Origin: Lytechinus pictus
Lineage: Eukaryota
Direction of reading: 5' to 3'
Length of the DNA: 64,000 bases
Assembly (NCBI RefSeq): GCF_037042905.1
Contig: NC_087251.1
Coordinates: 27,530,001 to 27,594,000, forward strand
Shown in pieces: positions 38,484 to 52,232 of the stretch (position 1 is the first letter of the stretch; every line of letters begins with the position of its first letter). Under the pieces are notes generated by a model. It saw only the letters and a program-made list of their open reading frames with translations. It did no database searches and was not told the origin of the DNA. The position numbers and the translations under genes are program-made.

Positions 38484-38769
38484 GCTTGACCTCTTTCACA
38501 TGCTGCCACCATAGGCGAGGCAAAGAAATAATAAATACAAAATAGCGTATTTTTTCTAGATGTACAGTTTAAGGACTTGATTAGATATTAATGATATAAT
38601 AATATTTTTAAACAACCTCTTCTAATTTCCAATAAGATAAGCCCAATGGCAATGTAGTGTTTAATTTGCCTGACGACGTGATTTGACTCCTTGACTTGGC
38701 CCCTATTTAGCTAATTAGCTTTAGCTTTGTGCGAAGTCAACAAAGAAGTGAAAGAACTTTGTCGATGTA

Positions 38770-38871
38770 GTCTACCGTACGGTATCGGAACTTCGGAAGT
38801 GAAAGCTCTAACTTGGACGTGTTGTATCTCACTATCTTGTTTATTTAGAATGTACGGGATATACCGGTAAA
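38770..38871 (+). promoter_or_regulatory. Putative promoter / non-coding first exon of an unidentified gene
   Basis: CpG-enriched patch with an ETS-type CGGAAGTG motif, followed by donor AAA|GTAAGT at 38872. Confidence 0.5.
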
Positions 38872-39596
38872 GTAAGTATGATCTTCCAATCTAAAGGGAA
38901 CATAAGTAATACCACGAAATTATGAAATTCCAGGGCAATTTTCTTTTCATTAGATTAAAATACAGAAATTCAATTTCTAACGTGTCCCACCTATTCACTT
39001 TTGTGTCAGCGTGAGGACGAGGGCGTAGGCTAACTTAAAAAGTTAGATCTAGAGTTTAGACCTATCCAGTCTATTATCTTGATCTAGATCTAAATCTAAA
39101 TCCAGTCTAACTTAGATCTAGAGTTAGAACTACCAAAGTCTTAGGCTGTTGGCCTTATCCAGATTTCATATATTGGCGGACACAAGTGAAGATATGTCTA
39201 CGCATTAGTTATTGCAGTAATTATAGACTAGATCATCTAGATCTAGGCCTACTTAAATAAAAAATAGCGTAGGTTCTATTTGTCTTTGGTTTTAGACTAA
39301 GTCTAACTAAGATCTAACATAAGTACCAAGTTAATAGGCTAAAAGTAAGAATAGATTCCAATTAGGACATAAATCACGCCTCACTTCCCTGACTAACAAT
39401 AAATAGGCCTATATAAGTTTTACTTTGTTAAACTAAGTTAAGTCTTAAATTAGTTAGGCCTACGTCTAGATCTGGTAGGCCCTAAACGGAAAATCTACTT
39501 TCAACTTTGTGTTGGTAAACCTCTATTATTCTCCCATATCTAACCATACAGAAGTACTAAATAATTGTGAACAATTTTCTATCTTTTTTTTTATAG

Positions 39597-39825
39597 ATTT
39601 GATGTTAGACTCTGATGTCTTGGTGAAATGGAAATGGACTAGCAAGCATCGCATTGTCATTGCAACACAACTAAAATGGTCAAGGAAGCTGAAGAAGGGG
39701 GTTGAAATTATCATCAACTATAGAAGGGGTTTACTGGCAAGCAATTGTTTTGGATTCACAGAATGTAAGACTCAGAATCATCTAATGGAGGGTTTGGTAT
39801 CAATTTTGCACTCCTAAATATGCAG
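39597..39825 (+). other. Putative exon 2 (5' UTR/uORF) of the unidentified gene
   Basis: Long T-tract and atag acceptor; donors CAG|gtaaag (39826) or GTG|gtaaga (39834). Confidence 0.5.
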
Positions 39826-39912
39826 GTAAAGTGGTAAGAACTTAAGATGTTTTAGTACTTCATACAAAAATAATTGGTCCAATAGGAATGTAATGTGTGC
39901 ATTTGTATTATA

Positions 39913-40899
39913 CAGTGCGTATCAAAAAAAGTTTACACTTAGAAAAAAATCCTGTAAAATTATATATTTGTAAAATCCTGAAGATTTTTCCACATTTTAA
40001 CATTGGTGCACATCCACTTAAGTAAATGACGATATAATTGTCGAAAAATATTTCCGCTTGAGTGAGCACCACTTACTTTTGAAAAGTTAGTGAAAAATGA
40101 TTTGCGCAGAACTCTGAAATAGTTATGCGAATAAAAGTAGACCTTAATCATGAAGAACACGAGGAATTTAGCTAGTAAAATTGATTTGATGATATATTTT
40201 ACCTTTTTCAACTTGTTTCCTTGCCAAAAACACTTCGAAGAGTGCATTGCGCCCCCACCCCACTCCTCCACACACCGAGGCCATCGTGACGATATTTGCT
40301 TTACACTGAGCTGTAATTTACATGAAAGGGCTTAGGCTTCATTTTCATTTTGTTAATCATTTTCGAGCTTGGGAAAAGTGTGGAGAAACAAGTATTAAAT
40401 AAAAAATGAAATGTAAACACACTTTAAATGATACAAACTTAGTGAAAAATGCTGGAAATGTCTGATATAAACTTTTGTTCAGATTCAGTTATGTCCTCAG
40501 ATCCAGCTGGCACAAAAAGGGTAAAGGTTGTGCTTACTAAGTGTTGAAATTTTAATTTGGGTGGCAAAATTGTTACAGAATGCTTGAATGTATCCGTTTA
40601 ATTTCAATTGACTTAAAGTGCAAGGGAAATGGATGAGAAATGTTTCGCAGGGTAAGTTTGATTTCACCTTTTCCCCTTTACAAAGCGTGAAAACGAGCAT
40701 TTCTGCGCAAACAGATTTCTGCGAGCTTTACAAAAATGGACAGTGCTCACTCAAGTGTAACATTCTGTCAAATTTTGTTCTTGCATTAGATAGATGAGAC
40801 CCATATTAAAGATTATATGTGAAAAAACTACCCACATGATGTATATTTTTTAATTCCCAGGGCTTTTTCAAAGTGTAAACTTTTTTTTGATACGCACTG
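39913..40899. mobile_element. Tc1/mariner-type non-autonomous element (987 bp)
   Basis: TA|CAGTGCGTATCAAAAAAAGTTTACACTT...AAGTGTAAACTTTTTTTTGATACGCACTG|TA. Confidence 0.93.
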
Positions 40900-41159
40900 T
40901 ATGAGTGTTGAGTAACCTTAGTTTTGCTGAATGCTTTTAATAGGACATGTGTTGCAAGAGATGAGATTTAACTGTCAATTCTTTTTTTATGTTTCGTTTG
41001 AACGGCAGCATTTTTAAAATAAACTTTGAAAATTCTGTATACCATTCCTAGATTGTTCTGGATAATAAACTTGATATGTAGAGTAGGTTGTAGACCAAAT
41101 GGGTTTAGCCCAGGCAATATTAGACATCCAGAAGAGCAGACCAACTGCCAGTAGACCAG

Positions 41160-41307
41160 GGGGGCATTTCATCAACATTTTCATCCGACATGTTGTCAGG
41201 TCTGACAACTTTCCTTGAGCATAATTGGCTGAGAGGTACTGTTACCATGGTAACTGTCGGATAAAACAGTACTTGTCGGATAAAATGTCCTTTCATGAAA
41301 CGGTCCC
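41160..41307. mobile_element. Short CWG-flanked MITE containing an X-box palindrome
   Basis: GGGGGCATTTCAT...ATGAAACGGTCCC ends; internal ATCCGACA/TGTCGGAT inverted repeats. Confidence 0.7.
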
Positions 41308-41471
41308 CTGGTGGATATAAATCACATGGACGATTTGTCTATAATCTAGATTCTAGAATAACTGAGTGGCATAGAGCACATTTCCTAAAAAAAGAAGATA
41401 AATAATGATACCACTTAAGTATGATGTTGAGTATGCTTCTATTTTTTCATTGTATCTCATTTCTGTTTCAG

Positions 41472-41573
41472 GAGAGCAATTTTGGACCTTATAAATGCAG
41501 GATTGTCAAAGGGTCCTGAATCTGTAGCATAATGTGAAGATTTGATTAATAACCGAAGCGGAAAACAATGCTG
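41472..41573 (+). other. Putative exon 3 ending in a candidate start codon (AAAACA ATG CTG|gtaag)
   Basis: Acceptor ctcatttctgtttcag; donor CTG|gtaaga; A-rich initiation context. Confidence 0.5.
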
Positions 41574-44500
41574 GTAAGAAAATCTTGTAAAAAAATACAT
41601 ATAGGGTGCTTACTTTGGACACTGAACATAATTTTTAGATTTTGTAAAAAATAAATAAATAGATAGATAAATAATTAAACAAATAAATGAATTTATTAAC
41701 ACTACGTGTATGAAATCACCAACTATATTGGGATGAGAAAAGTTTTTATTTCTGTAACAGTCAAAATACATCATGTATTTTGTATCATTATTTTGCTGGA
41801 TCTAGATCACCCCCTCTTTGCTAACAACGTCCGGAATAATACCCATTGTTATTCCAATTATGGCATGATCATAGTGATATTTCCAGAATATCGCCCCTTG
41901 CTCATTGCCTTGAAAGGGTGAGGGTCTGTTATATAATTATTTGTCTTTGTAATAACCTTTATACTGTTTTCAAAAGCTGTTTCATCTCGTGATGTACAAC
42001 AAATCAATATATTTTGTTTTGTTGGAAATAAAAATAAATGAGAACAAATGAATTGAAATCGCAACACTTGTGTTTTCCCCCAAAATTCAAAGAATCATAT
42101 GAAATAGGAATAGGATCTAGAAATTGATGTGTTAAGTATATCCCCTAAAACACAGGATGTTTGTGAACCAATTACACCATATCAAGGAGCTTAATTGACC
42201 ATTTATATTCTCTCCCAGGCATATATCTTGATCATAAACAAGTCAAAGCATATATATTGTTAAATTAAAACAAAACGAAATGTAAACCAAAACAACATTT
42301 ATCATTCCCATTTTCTTTCCGATTTCTTTGGATGCACTGCATTATACATTCATGCCCATATTATAGTGATACTACCCATGTGCATCGTTTCAAAGATAAA
42401 TGAAGCAATATCGAAATCTGCAACACGTGCTTAGAATGAGATTATATATGTACGTGCATATTTGAAGGCTTTGTTTTTAGAGTGACCGCAGTTCACCTCA
42501 TCAAAGAGTATTGACCTTATTGCCAAAATAAGTCGGTTTGAATGAAAAGCAAAAACGTGAGAGGAACAAGTCTGTGAAAGATTGAGCAGATGTATTAAAA
42601 AAAAGACTGGGAAAATTATATATCTTAAAGTTATATAGCTTACCTCCATTTTGATCAGTGTAAAAGAATAAAAAAAAGACTCCTCCGAAGAAAAAAAAAA
42701 TAGCAAAAACTATTGTCGGAAATTAGAATGATGTCTTTTTTTTTAATTAATCTGATGCTGAAAATTAAGCTTCCGTCATCAAGCAGTTTATTCACTGTCA
42801 TGACTGTTATGAAGAATAGTCCTCGGTGAAGTCTCCATTTTGTTTATTAGAATTCATGTTCGTGATTAATTCAATTGTCTTCTTCAAGATTAACCGAATT
42901 GTATGAACGTTTCCCAAAGATTAAGTGTCATGGGTGTATTATGATTAGCAGATAGGAAAAAGGGTCGGTTTAGAAGTTTTTTGGCTTTCCCTTTGATCGC
43001 TAAACTTATCAAGGAATCTCATCTACGTGTTCGTTTACATCTAACGAGTTAGGCGCACGCAGTAAGTCTGTGTTATGTTTCTGTCACGCAATCCATGCCT
43101 GCAGACATTCGCTCATTGTGCTTGTTGTAAAACGATTTAGACGAGTTAGAAGGTCATAAGATAGCAAAGATAATCATATCACTATATGGTTTTTTTTAGG
43201 GAAGAAACAAACGAGTATAAAGAGGTTTTTTCATCTTAGATTTGGTGAAAATACACCGAGTTACCCACAATGTAAAGCGTTTACAATCGTCCAAAATCTG
43301 TTGAGGTCGTAATAAAAAAAGGACACCCAAAACTATTCGTCTTCTGAGCCAATAAGATACTTCTTTTCACACGTCAATACTATCCTTGCCCAGAGACAAT
43401 TGAGAGTTGGCAATAATCCCAAGATTGGGCCGTCAAGAAATATCCTAGAGATGAAGCTTTAGAACACACAGAATCAATCCCAATTTCATTCACTACATTT
43501 TATTTCGTTCATTTATATCACCAACATAGAATACATCGTTATTGTGTTGCACATAATGAGATGAATTATCTTTAAACAGTACTATAAAAGGGTACAGCAA
43601 AGACCCCCCCCCCCCCAAAAAAAAAAAAAAAAAAAAAAAATGCTGTAACAGTTTGGTAATAGATATGGCTACTAAAACTTTGGTCTGTAGGCAAAAGCTT
43701 CTTCAATCATGGATTTGTCATGATTTGGTAAAAGTTTGAAGATAAATTGCATACACGTATAATTGTATTAATATATATGTAAATATATTGTATGGTTTGT
43801 GCGTGATATGTTGCAAATAGAGCAAGCATAATGGAAACACAAATAACAGTGAAGACACAACAGTCGTGGCGATTTCAGAGGTGCAATTCTAATGTAGGTT
43901 CCAAGAACAACTTGTCTTGCCCTCCGACGACAATTACCACATTGGCCAATACTTGTAAATGAAAAAGGGTTCTAAATGTTAATAAAAACTGGTGTATATA
44001 TATTGTTAATGATGCTGCATATTGTTATTGATACTTGTGAAAACTGGCACACAAATATATTCACCATGCCTGTAAAGACTTTGCTAATTGTTGCTAATGA
44101 GTTGGCTTTTGCATATGACCGAGGTTCTGATTTCGCCAGAATGGTTTGCAAATTCAGAGGATCGGGTGCTGACAATGCAACCATTGAAAGTAATACCATG
44201 TAATTTTTGCATGCAAGGACTGTTATTGCCTTGGGTCTCATTAGAAAGGCAAAGACAATTCAGTAAAGGTCATAGACCGCTTTATTACCGTTACTTCTTT
44301 ACTGACCATGCACGCTCTTTCAAACATGGCAACATTATTGGTTTCTTGGCGATGTCATTTCGAGATAAAGAAACAATCTTAGCTTCGTCATCTGCTATCT
44401 CTCCCAACCCCCACCCCACTTTATCTCTCTGCCACCCCTCTCTGTATTTCCTTTAAATCATGACATGTCGATACAGTTAATATATAGGCACATTGGCAGC

Positions 44501-47500
44501 AACAAAGAAGTCCCTTTGCAGCCCCCCCCTTTTTTTTTTTTTTTACATTTTCACATATCATATTTTGTCATGATTCAAGTCGATGGTCAGAGACCATGCT
44601 CGCCGGAAAAACTGCCAGTTGATTTTACCCATATGGCGAATTCACAAATATCTTCTTGATGAAAAATACTAGTAAACCGCTCGGATTATATAGTTATCCT
44701 TGTCTGACCCAACTGATTGCAATCATGATTAAATTATCAGTTAAAAATCACTAATTTCTATCGTGAAAGCTGGCCAAAGATCCAAATAAGTTTTGTTTTG
44801 CCGCTTGAAATTCTATCAGCAGAGTTTCGAGAACACATGCAAGCACTGTGTAATCTTAAATGATATGTGTAAAATTAGAGATAATTTGAATTTGGGGTAG
44901 GACACCATACAAATTTCTTGTACTATAAAACATAGCCTTCGCCCCCTAAAAAAAGACATGTTGAAATACAGAAACTTTCCTGTTATAACAATACAGAATG
45001 ATTATGTTATTTTTTTCTGTAAAAAATTGTTTTCCTGTAGAATGTTCTGTTTTTTAATATTTACAGAGGCAATCGCATTTGAGTGCATTGCTAAAAAAAA
45101 AGAGGCCCTTTCATTATGGTGAAAATTACACTCCCAGATGCAAGGTTCCATTATACATCAGTCTGGATTATTTTAATGGGCTGAGCAACAATAACAACAA
45201 AATAGTATAATAAGGAGCAGAAGCGTATTTCTATGATCACCATGCAATGTGTGGGCGGAGTAGATATACAGTATATAGTCAGCAAAATTGCATGCAGGGC
45301 ATTTCAATAAATTTATATCATTCTTATATTCGACTCGATCTGAAGCATTATATCATTTCAGAGGCTCATCTCAAGTGGATATTTGAACGAAAAATCGATG
45401 TACAATTGAGGCTCGTTATATCACCTTTCTTCTCTTTTCTACTTTTTTTTCTGCTGATATATTCGTAAAATTCGCGCCATGAGCAATAACGATGAAGAAA
45501 CAAAGATTATCGGTTTTATTATTCTCGTTTGGAATCTATTTGGGAGAGAGGACATGCAAGACGGAGTGAGAGATCGAGAGAATGAGAGGAAGATACTCGA
45601 GAAGATGTGTCAGAGAGGGGGGAGAGAGAGTGAAAGAGAGAGGGAGAGAGACACACGCATACAGATATACATGCGAACCGAGACTGACAGAGAGAGAGAG
45701 GGGGCGGGGGTGGTTTAAAAAAAAATGGATGGAGACTTGTGCAAGATGACGTAATGATGCACTTCGGAAAGACAATGGCGAGCATATAATGCAAAACAAA
45801 AACAAAGACGAAGTAAGCTAAGAAGCGATAAAGAAAGAAAAATGAAAGGGTAAGGACGATGAGAATCCTCAAGTTTGAATAAATGCTTTGGGCGGTACTC
45901 ATCGAATCCTCAGCATCAGCGCATTGTCATAAATCTTTAATCCACCTAAAATTGTTTTTTCAAGCATTATCAAATTCATCTTTTTTTTTTTCAATTAAGG
46001 AAAAGAGATCGCGTTTTCGCACCTATTGTAAATTGTACTGCATGCGTTATTTGTTCTTATGCTTTAGTTTAGTTGTAGGTGTTTGTCTCATTTTACGGCA
46101 TGCAAGCTATATTTTTACATTTTCTTACCGTGAATGCAATCATCGTTTTTAAGCTTTGAATCATTACTCTGTTTGCACGCTCAATCGCGTACCCAAAGCT
46201 TATCAAAGAAAGACAACGCTCCTGGAATATTCCTGTTTGCTGGAATCCATTTCAACTAAATAATATCTATGGTGATCGTTTTTATTTTCCCTAGATGAGC
46301 ATTTTTTGCTTCTTAACAAAAGTCTAATCAACAGCCGTGCCATATCCCCATTATGATGCTTCATCGATGACAATTAGACACAGATTAAACTGATAGAATC
46401 TATTGGGATAATGATACACTTTAGTCATTTTCTTCCCATTGCATGCCATCTTTTTATCGATCTTTTTTTCATCATGCTTTCTTAAAATTATTCTGTAACT
46501 TGTAATCAATATGAAGGAGGCGTAAAAGTGTCTTATATGCTTACATACTCACACGCTTAAGAGTCGTCATTTTTTGTACCTCAAAAGTATACTTTTAAAT
46601 GGAGAAAAATATGCATTTTAGTTGAGATCTAAAATTTAGTTTAAATTGGTATCTGCATATATAGATTAGTGGCTGCTTGATTAAACTTTGCTCTCGTATA
46701 CTAGAAATATTTACTTTAATTAAAGTAAGACGGAAATTGGGAAAGAATTAGTATTATATCGTGACATTTTCTTCTCAGTATGTCGCATAAAACCTATACG
46801 CGTTGTACAAACAGCCATCGGCCTCTTCTGACAAGTTGCATGAATGTAAGTCACGCGACCCATGAGTGTTATGATATATTTTGAAAGAAAACATTGCAAT
46901 CAATAATATTTTGCCTCAAGTTGTAAATTTCCCAGAAGACCACCTTCTTATGAATCAAAACTGAAATCTGCATTTTCTTGGTCACTGCCCCCGCACAAAG
47001 TGCAAGAATTTACCTCACCGGGATGCCCATTTTCTGATAAATTACGGCTTTCCAACGTTCCCTGTATCGCCCGAACACCCTGAATTGTCTATTTCTACGA
47101 ATTGTGATTGACGGTTGAGCGGAGACATAAATTGATAAGATGGAGAAATAAAGTATCATTTGATTATGAAGTGACATTGCCGATTCATCACACTGCTTGA
47201 AGTAGGGCTCTCATTACCTCAAAGGGTGGTGGGATTGCGGCACATTCTCGCGCCGAGAATTGTTTGTTTGAGCTAAGTGCATGTACAGGAGGGAAACCCA
47301 CAGAAAATCTATTTGAGTTGATATGATGGAATCTAGGCAATGGTGGAAGCGGGCCTGGAGTTTAGAGGTAAATCTGCATGGCGTTGATGATGAAGCATGG
47401 ATGTTGGAGGAATTCGAGATGCCGAAAGCGGTGGAAAGAAGATCAAGAAATATAAGATGAAGTGATGGAATGACGTCGTGTTGGAGTTGAAGTCGAGTTT

Positions 47501-48774
47501 AGATGAATTGGCGGAGCTGCACATGACAAACACGAAACATACCCCTATTTAAACATAATGAACAGAGGAAAGAGCAGGAGGAAAATTATTGGCTCAATAT
47601 CAAAGGACCGAGAAGATGTGTGTGTGTGTGTGTGGGGGGGGGGGTGAAGGTGTGTTACCTCGGGAAATATCCTTAACAGAGGAGATGGGTTGCGTTACAG
47701 AAGAGGGGCAGGGGCGACGACCCCTATGATTTGTTTTAAGTAGTGAAATATAAGAGGAAAGAGGAGAAAGGAATTAAAACAATTTTACGATATTTCTATA
47801 ATTTAATTGAGAAAAAAACGTCAGCTGTGGTTCGTCTTGCCCCCCCCCCCTCGGCCCATCAAGATATCTTGTCCCAGCCCCTTGGGTGGCATCTTTATTC
47901 ATAAGCATTTATATCGAACGCTAGAAAACTAATTAGTAAGCCCATTTATATTTCATTCATCTGTAGTTTTTCTACATCTATTTCTATAACATGTATAAGG
48001 CGTGCGTCATTGTTTCATTAAAACCATTTCACCGATTTTATCGTCTAAGCATCATTCATATTGATTACATTATTTTACAATAATTCCTCTGAAAAAATGG
48101 TTTAATGTATATGATATTTGTATCTAAGGTATTATAGTCACGCTCTTATTTTTTTGAAATAAAATATGATAAAAGTAATTGCTAAGTGCAAAATATTTGT
48201 TGGTAATTTTTAATGTATATATCATAAATTACGAATCGCGTTAAGTGACATTGGTGCACTAATAAAATGCAGTATGTAATAGTTTAGCAGAGTATTTTAA
48301 GATTGCCGAAGGACGTTGGGGACTTGAGATTCCTGTCAACCCACGAATTTATTCCATATCAATTTATGCAAAAACATGACCCTGTATGCAATATATCGAT
48401 CAATTTATATATGACTGTCGGCATTCGTTAACCACGGAGCGAGAACGGGAACGTCGTAAATGAACTCCCGTTTGCTTGACGAAGACAATTCAGATAGGAA
48501 ACCAATACGCAGTCTGAGCTTTCTTGGTCATTAATCGAGAAACTAATCACTGAATGGGATGCCTAATGGATAGATAGATAAATATAAAACACACGGGAAT
48601 CCGTCAAGACTCAGTCATGGATCGCACACGGTTGGCGCATGTTTAATCGATTAGGTCGTAGAAATGAGAATTATGAAGAGAGAGGGAGACGAAAATACAA
48701 GAATAAGACTTACTAGAATGAAGCTCTCATTTGTGAGCCCTCGCTAGTCAATAAAACAAATGATTACGGTGTTA

Positions 48775-51700
48775 CAAGTGAAATGCATGGTATATTATTC
48801 GCCTAATTGAAAGGAACGTCCTCAAGCAATGACATACATACATAGTCAATCGAAATCTTTGCCTACATACAGTACTCTCTTCATTTTCCTTTTATCCCTC
48901 TCCTTCCTTCCTCTCTCCTCTACCCCATACGTGCCTTTAACGTACTAATTTCACTCAATCCTTTTCCATGATCTTCTTACTCGGCGTTTCATTATGGTGT
49001 CAAATTTTATTATTCATTGTATTAATATCTTTTTTTAAATATACCCATTCTTCATGGTGTATGATTCTAATCTAAATCACGGGTTTGTGGGTTTGAACCC
49101 TACTCCAGCAAGACATTTATCGATATTGTGATGCACATGACCCAGGTGAGGTAATGGGTTACGGTTAGGAGCAATTGTCACATGCTATAGTGTGTCGATG
49201 TATGTGACGACTTGCAAATTCACGCCTTGCTAATTATACACTTGGAATTAATGTAGTACCGGATTGGGATGTGGTAGTGTTTATTAGCATGGAGAGCCCG
49301 TCTATTGATCGGACAGGTATACCGAAACGACCAATTAGGTTACGCAATGAGATGAATATTTGCTATGAATGTGTGTCACGGTGTAATGGCAAAGCTAATG
49401 GTGTCGTGTCTTCTAAATCTAAATCATACACTGTAATTTCTTGATTCACGGTGTAAAGTTACAAGTGTTTTGCGGAAGACCGCACTCTCGGGAGTTTGTA
49501 CATAACACCAAATAATGTTAAAACAACATGCAGAATGTGTTACAATAGCACCATGAATTAAGCAATGGTGTCAAATGTTTGGTTTGGTACTCTGTAAAGA
49601 CTACTGGTGAATTGTGACACCACTTCTGTTTTGTTTATTTTGCAGTATGGACGTACAATCACAAGACACAAATATCTGCATCTGATGCCACTCTCCACCC
49701 AGGTGTGATATAAAGCCAGAAGGACCGACTCTTTAAATCGTCGAGCACCCTAATAAAAGCCTTCCTCGGCTTTGGTAAGCCTACATGTATTATTAGAACA
49801 TCTCGAAAACTGTATCTTATGAAAATATGATTTATACTTTATATAATATTATCATATTTAATCAAACAGCAGGTTTCATCCACATTCTATTGTGCTCTTT
49901 AAACTCGCCCCTTTTTTAACGATTTTCTTGCCATTATTCTAAAGATGCATTTTATTTTTGAATTCAATTTACTAGTACTGAGTAAATTTCTGACCTTGAC
50001 TTTCAATTTGAATGATGATAAAACGTCACCGAGAAAGGGGGTACATAATTTTCTGATAAAATCTAAACGATCAAACATGTCCTAATTTTCTCGGGGCACA
50101 TTTTACCATTAAACGTCACATAAAAATCAAGGTGTTTCGTATATAGGCAATGGCTCTATTAAGGTGTAGGTGTCAAGGAATTTTGTTCCGCCAAAATCTG
50201 TTGAGCCTCCTTTATTGCTCCCTAAACCATTCTAACGACTACATGACTGGCAAAACAGACTCCATACTCCATCAAAATCACATCATACGCCTTTGCTCGC
50301 TGGCATTTACATGTGTTTACGGGACCGCGCAGCTGCTTAGAATGTTGTCTACATCTTCAAAATGGGTGGATTTTTTAAAGGTGAACCATTCAGGATTTCA
50401 CTCCGACATTGTCATCACTACCACCAAACCCGTTGCAGCACTCTAGCATTAGCATTAGCATCCATTGGCAAAATGTTCACTTACACTATAGCCATTCTTC
50501 CCAATTAATATAGTACCTGGGGCCCGTATACACAAAGCTTAGCAATGCCGATCGTAGAACATTATTTCTACGATTGATTCCATTGATTACAATCGTGAAA
50601 ATTGAGTGTACGTTTAATCGCTAACCTTTGTGTTACGGGACCCTGGTATGATGCTAACTGTAATGCAGGTTGCGTTGTTTGCGTCTAAATAGCTTTGTTG
50701 AAAAGGCTCCCGAAGGTGTCCGGCTCACTTAGATCTTTTGAAAAATTAAACTCGAAATCTCTAATTCAAAGATATAAAAGTGATATAGCTCCTGAAATGG
50801 GATCAAAGACTAAACGGTTCTTGGGGAATCTTTATAGCCACGTGATCATTGCTGACCGGTGATTAGCGAGAATGGCTGAAGGTAAAACGACGGTAAAAAC
50901 GATTTATGATACGTCCCTAATCATTACTGATATAATAACTTCTTAAGCGGTAGAACCAAAGGCATAAATGAAAATCATTTGCGATTATGGAATACTTCCT
51001 TCCTCTGCGGCCTATCTGTCCTTATTTCTCTGAATGATAAATCGTAGCCGACAGGCGATTGCATTTTATTGCACCTGAAAGTGTGTCGTGTCCCAAATTA
51101 CTTAAAAGAGAAAGTGCTTATCTTGAATAATCAGATCCCTCCATAAAATGGGAATAATTGCGTTCAGCCAGAGCTCTGACATTGCATTTTTTTTCAACTG
51201 ATATAAATGAAGAAGAGCAAGCGTACAACTGTTGGAATGATTAAATAGCATTTTTAGCTTTTAAGAATCAGTTGTCTCTGTCGCCCTTTTGGCACTTTGA
51301 CAACGTGAGAAGTGATTTGTTGGTATCAATAGTGATGAGAATAATAATAATAATTGACATTTATATAGCGCTTTATCAATCGATACGACTGTTCAAAGCG
51401 CTTCACAATTATTATTACCCTGTCACTGGATTCATAGCAAGTGAAATGCGTGGTATATTATTCGCCTAATTGAAAGGAACGTCCTCAAGCAATGACATAC
51501 ATACATAGTCAATCGAAATCTTTGCCTACATACAGTACTCTCTTCATTTTCCATTTATCCCTCTCCTTCCTACCTCTCTCCTCTTACCCCATTCGTGCCT
51601 TTAACGTATTCATTGCCCTCAATCCTATGATCTTGTTCTTACTTACTCGGCGTTTTATTATGGTGTCAAATTTTATCATTTATTGTACTAATATTTTTTT

Positions 51701-52232
51701 GTAATATATCAATTCGTCATGTTGTATGATTCTAATTCTAATCACGGGGTTGTGGGCTTCTCCAGCAAGACATTGATATTGTGATGCACTTGACCCAGGT
51801 GAGCTAATGGGTACCTGATGGAAAGTGCGCTTATATGGAAACATAAAGGCATAAAATAAAATAAAAATCATTCGCGATTATGGAATACTTCCTTCCTTTG
51901 CGGCCTATCTGCCCTTATTTCTCTGAATGATAAAACGTAGCCGACAGGCGATTGCATTTTATTGCACCTGAAAGTGTGTCGTGTCCCAAATCACTTAAAA
52001 GAGAAAGTGCTTATCTTGAATAATCAGATCCCTCCATAAAATGGGAATAATTGCGTTCAGCCAGAGCTCTGACATTGCATTTTTTTCTACTGATATAAAT
52101 GAAGAAGAGCAAGTGTACAACTATTGAAATGACGAAATAGCATTTTCGCTTTTAAGAAGCAGTTGTCTCTGTCGTCCTTTTGGCACTTTGACAAGGTGAG
52201 AAGTGATTTGTTGATATTAATAGTGATGAGAA
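48775..52232 (+). repeat. Local direct duplication, A-(1.8 kb)-B-A'-B'
   Basis: A 48775-49160 is similar to A' 51438-51813, and B 50958-51340 is similar to B' 51845-52232, both with high identity. Confidence 0.9.
50520..50642. mobile_element. Short GGGCCC MITE with CTG flanks
   Basis: CTG|GGGCCCGTATACACAAAG...CTTTGTGTTACGGGACC|CTG. Confidence 0.7.

Noticed and set aside
43760..44370. Possible Toll-like receptor pseudogene fragment on the minus strand (Cys-containing stretch followed by a hydrophobic segment)
   Set aside because: No clear LRR or TIR motif could be read and there are several stops. Too weak to call without a search.
45479..45902. Overlapping ORFs of 79-127 aa
   Set aside because: They derive from GA/CT-rich low-complexity sequence. 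The same applies to the ORFs at 156-464, 9464-9709, 14927-15112 and 60348-60784.
49647..49774. Candidate downstream exon (tttgcag acceptor to TTG|gtaagc) for the 38.8-kb gene
   Set aside because: The sequence overlaps SINE-derived motifs and the end of a repeat, and it gives no recognisable protein.
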